A DNA stretch of 64,000 nucleotides. Origin: Rhodothermales bacterium. GTDB taxonomy: Bacteria; Bacteroidota; Rhodothermia; Rhodothermales; JANQRZ01. Below, piece after piece: positions 61,174 through 64,000 of this stretch (position 1 is the first letter of the stretch; each line of letters begins with the position of its first letter). The notes beneath the pieces were generated by a model. The model was given only the letters and a program-made list of their open reading frames with translations. It was not told the DNA's origin and did not search any database. The DNA is taken from the NCBI GenBank assembly GCA_028284265.1, contig JANQRZ010000015.1:16808-80807 (forward strand), read 5' to 3'. A program made the translations under genes and the position numbers.

Positions 61174-62470
61174 CTCGCCTCTTTCCCACACGTGGACGAC
61201 CAGACCAGCCACACCTGACTTAGCGAGCGTTCTGCGCCGCGCCTTGCACGAGGGCACACTCGACGATCTCCCCGCTGCGGTCTTCCACGACCTCGGCATG
61301 ATGCGGGCGAAGGTGCAGACGCTCCAACGCCTCTTCCCCGACGGTACCCTCCATGCCGTCGCCATCAAGGCCAACCCCCTCATCGAGGTCCTCGGAGAAA
61401 TCGTCGCGCTCGGCGCGGGCCTCGAAGCCGCCTCGATGGAAGAGGTCCACTGCGCCCTCGCCGCCGGATGTCCGCCTGAGCGGATCGTCTACAACTCTCC
61501 TGCGAAGCGAGTAGATGACCTTGCCGATGCACTCCGCCTCGGCCTCCATATCAACGCTGATACCCTCGACGAACTCGACCGCATCGACACCCTACTCGGC
61601 TCGATGGATACGACGAGCACGGTCTGTCTCCGCATCAACCCCCTCGTCGGCAGCGGGGCGATTGCCATCACGAGCGTCGCCAACCGAACGTCCAAGTTTG
61701 GAGTTCTACTGGAAAGCGAACAGTCTATCGTAGATGTGTTCCGCCGTTACTCGTGGTTGAGCGGTCTGCACCTCCACGTCGGCAGTCAAGGGTGCGAGGT
61801 CGAGATGCTCGTTGAGGCAGCGCGCATCATACTGGACTTACGCGTCCGCATCCACGAGGCCACCGGACGCACACAGATCACGACGCTCAACATGGGCGGC
61901 GGCCTGCCGTGGGCCTACCGGGACGAAACTAGCCCGCCTTCGCCGGAAAACTACGTTGAGTTGCTGAAGCGCGAGGTCCCCGAACTGTTCGAGAACGACC
62001 TCACGCTCATCACCGAGTTTGGGCGCTCGGTGCAGGCCGGGTGCGGCTGGGCTGCGAGCCAGGTAGAATACGTTAAGGAGGACCGCGACCCGCACATGGC
62101 CGTCATCCACCTCGGCGCGGACTTCCTGATGCGAACGGCCTACCACCCGGACGACTGGCCGCACCGGCTCTCGGTGCTCAACTCCGAAGGCGAAGTCAAG
62201 GACGGCGACCTCGTGCCGCAGACTATCGTTGGTCCGCTGTGCTTCTCGGGCGACATCATCGCACGGTCGCGCCTGCTGCCCCGCATTGAGCCGGGCGACT
62301 GGATTGTGATCCATGACACAGGGGCATACACGCTAGGGATGTGGACCCGGCATTGCAGCCGGGGGATGCCGCTGGTGTTGGGCTATGGCGAGGGTGTGGT
62401 TGAGGCCGGGTTCAAGACGCTCCGGCGACGCGAAACCCCGGAAGACATCGCCGCCTTCTGGAGCGCCTGA
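61163..62470 (+). CDS. Fold type III PLP decarboxylase, diaminopimelate/ornithine decarboxylase family
   Basis: AIKANP (PLP Lys), EAAS..E, RINP, SKFG, HVGSQ, MGGG, EFGR, GPLCFSGD, TGAY. Confidence 0.88.
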   Translation: MMTDSPLSHTWTTRPATPDLASVLRRALHEGTLDDLPAAVFHDLGMMRAKVQTLQRLFPDGTLHAVAIKANPLIEVLGEIVALGAGLEAASMEEVHCALAAGCPPERIVYNSPAKRVDDLADALRLGLHINADTLDELDRIDTLLGSMDTTSTVCLRINPLVGSGAIAITSVANRTSKFGVLLESEQSIVDVFRRYSWLSGLHLHVGSQGCEVEMLVEAARIILDLRVRIHEATGRTQITTLNMGGGLPWAYRDETSPPSPENYVELLKREVPELFENDLTLITEFGRSVQAGCGWAASQVEYVKEDRDPHMAVIHLGADFLMRTAYHPDDWPHRLSVLNSEGEVKDGDLVPQTIVGPLCFSGDIIARSRLLPRIEPGDWIVIHDTGAYTLGMWTRHCSRGMPLVLGYGEGVVEAGFKTLRRRETPEDIAAFWSA

Positions 62471-64000
62471 CTATGGACTCACACCCTTGGGAGAAGCAGC
62501 GAAGTCGCGGGCAAGACGAAGCCAACGCTCAGCGGTGACGAGGCGTCCGATAACCTGAGCGTGGTTGCGCGCACCCTCCGTATGCTCCTGCACGAGTAGC
62601 TCGACGGCTTGGCGTCCGAGCAGCGTGACCGAGAGGCTGTCTGGTCGGGTGAGTTCGTCTCGAATAGGGGCAGACAACGGTCCCGCGAACATGTCAGCCT
62701 GGGCCTGCTCGTGTCCTTTGGCTGCTCGTCCATCCGCGGCTGGGGCTATCCGGGACTTGACCTTGCCGGTTATTGCCCGAAGACGGCGGTCCACGCGGGC
62801 AAGTAGGGGGGCGTCGTGCAGAGGCAAGAGCCTCTCGTGGTTGATACGGATCCAGTATGCCCAGGGGAGCGATTGGCGGATCAACGTTCTATGTATGTGC
62901 GCGTACGTACTGATGGGAGCAGGGAACTCGAACCCCAGGCGCAGCATGCGGCGATCCTTGAACGGTGTCCAAAACGCTGTTGGTGTCCATGTGAATCGGT
63001 CCTTGATCGAATCCCAGATCGAGAAGTACTCGTGGACCGAGTATAGGTCGAGGATGTCGTAGCCATTTGGTGAGAAGCTCGCGTAGTGCTCTACGGTCGC
63101 TGCTATCCGTTGATGCAACTGCTCCGTGACTTGGGGATCGGCAAAGGTTAGCTTCCGACGGAAGTTTTTAGCATAGATATGCTCGATAGCTTCCTCCAAC
63201 CCGAGGGGGCGGCCACCCGCCGAGTTGTAATAGATGCCGCGATAGATCCCGCCCGTGCCGCCCCATGAGAGGGCGTTTACCCGCTCGGCATAGACGCGGT
63301 TGACCTGTGGTGCCCGTTTGGCGTTCGTGTCCCCATTCATCGAGAAAGCGAACAGGTCAGCGACCTTCATGAAGCCCTCGGGCGATGGAGCCTGAGGCTC
63401 AGTAAGCTGGAAGCGTAGTCTGTAGTGCTTCGCGAGCCGCCGCGCCGTTCGGACGTCCGGGCTGTCTGGATAGCCCGTCGTCTGGACGAAGGTGCGCTCC
63501 CGGTCGAGGGACGGCAGAATGGCCGCCAGAGCGGCGCGGCTGTCGACCCCAGCGGTGAGTTGGATCCCCGTAAGCGGCCATTGCTCTGCGAAAGCACGTG
63601 CCCCATCGCGGGCCACGTCTGCCATGGCATCGAGTTGCTCCCGTATCCGTTTCTGGTCTGCGGGGTCGATGCGCCGGTCAGGAACGAGCAGCGGCGCATC
63701 CTCGCGTGCCAGCGCACCGCTTTGCCAGTGCACTCGCTCATCGGGACGACTCGTAGCGATGTCTTTGAGGAGGCTACGCCCATTGAGCGACCAACCGGCC
63801 ATGGCCATGCTGGCGAACGAGACGAGGTCCAGCGACAGGTCGACGAAGCCAGAGGCGAGCAGCGTCAAATCGTGCGGCGAGGCCAGAATGAACTCCTCCG
63901 TGGCAGCATAGCGAAGTGCGCGCCCGCCGATACAGTCCGTTACTAGGCTGACCTTCCCAGTCGGGCGATCCACGACCACAGATCCGAAGGAGCCGTCTAG
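62471..64000 (-). CDS. Asparagine synthase-like protein (GATase-like plus ATP-pyrophosphatase domain), 5' end outside window
   Basis: Frame open to window edge: LDGSFGSVVVD..LVTDCIGGRALRY; LTAGVDSR (PP-loop variant), GGTGGIYRG.YY, PFKDRRML. Confidence 0.7.
   Translation of the reverse strand, partial: LDGSFGSVVVDRPTGKVSLVTDCIGGRALRYAATEEFILASPHDLTLLASGFVDLSLDLVSFASMAMAGWSLNGRSLLKDIATSRPDERVHWQSGALAREDAPLLVPDRRIDPADQKRIREQLDAMADVARDGARAFAEQWPLTGIQLTAGVDSRAALAAILPSLDRERTFVQTTGYPDSPDVRTARRLAKHYRLRFQLTEPQAPSPEGFMKVADLFAFSMNGDTNAKRAPQVNRVYAERVNALSWGGTGGIYRGIYYNSAGGRPLGLEEAIEHIYAKNFRRKLTFADPQVTEQLHQRIAATVEHYASFSPNGYDILDLYSVHEYFSIWDSIKDRFTWTPTAFWTPFKDRRMLRLGFEFPAPISTYAHIHRTLIRQSLPWAYWIRINHERLLPLHDAPLLARVDRRLRAITGKVKSRIAPAADGRAAKGHEQAQADMFAGPLSAPIRDELTRPDSLSVTLLGRQAVELLVQEHTEGARNHAQVIGRLVTAERWLRLARDFAASPKGVSP

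Overview
GC-rich bacterial chromosome segment. The gene set (T9SS-type C-terminal sorting domains, DUF5916 and DUF2911 proteins, Bacteroidetes-style LptC/OstA/LptD, very acidic S1 tails) suggests Rhodothermales (Rubrivirga/Rubricoccus-like); this is an inference. Most of the window is housekeeping: a partner-switching module, lptCAB, a split methylmalonyl-CoA mutase large subunit, cmk-rpsA, pntA1-A2-B, lptD, ROK-ftsB-eno, tdh-kbl, thrABC and tRNA-Arg(CCT). An accessory-looking tract follows the tRNA, with a pectinacetylesterase-like lipoprotein, a formamidase, a desaturase, a T9SS cargo protein, copper genes, a kinase-M23-aminotransferase fusion, two PLP enzymes and an asparagine-synthase-like gene. 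The strongest candidate for an undescribed system is a MamK-like actin (23962-24999) whose start overlaps a membrane-anchored peptidoglycan amidase, with no other magnetosome genes in the window. Other leads are a GIY-YIG gene bracketed by 39-bp inverted REP-like repeats with related stand-alone doublets, a secreted protein with (AC)8 after its ATG paired with a MauG-type di-heme enzyme, and an unannotated 33-aa membrane peptide coupled to copA. All family calls come from motif recognition by eye; no searches were run.
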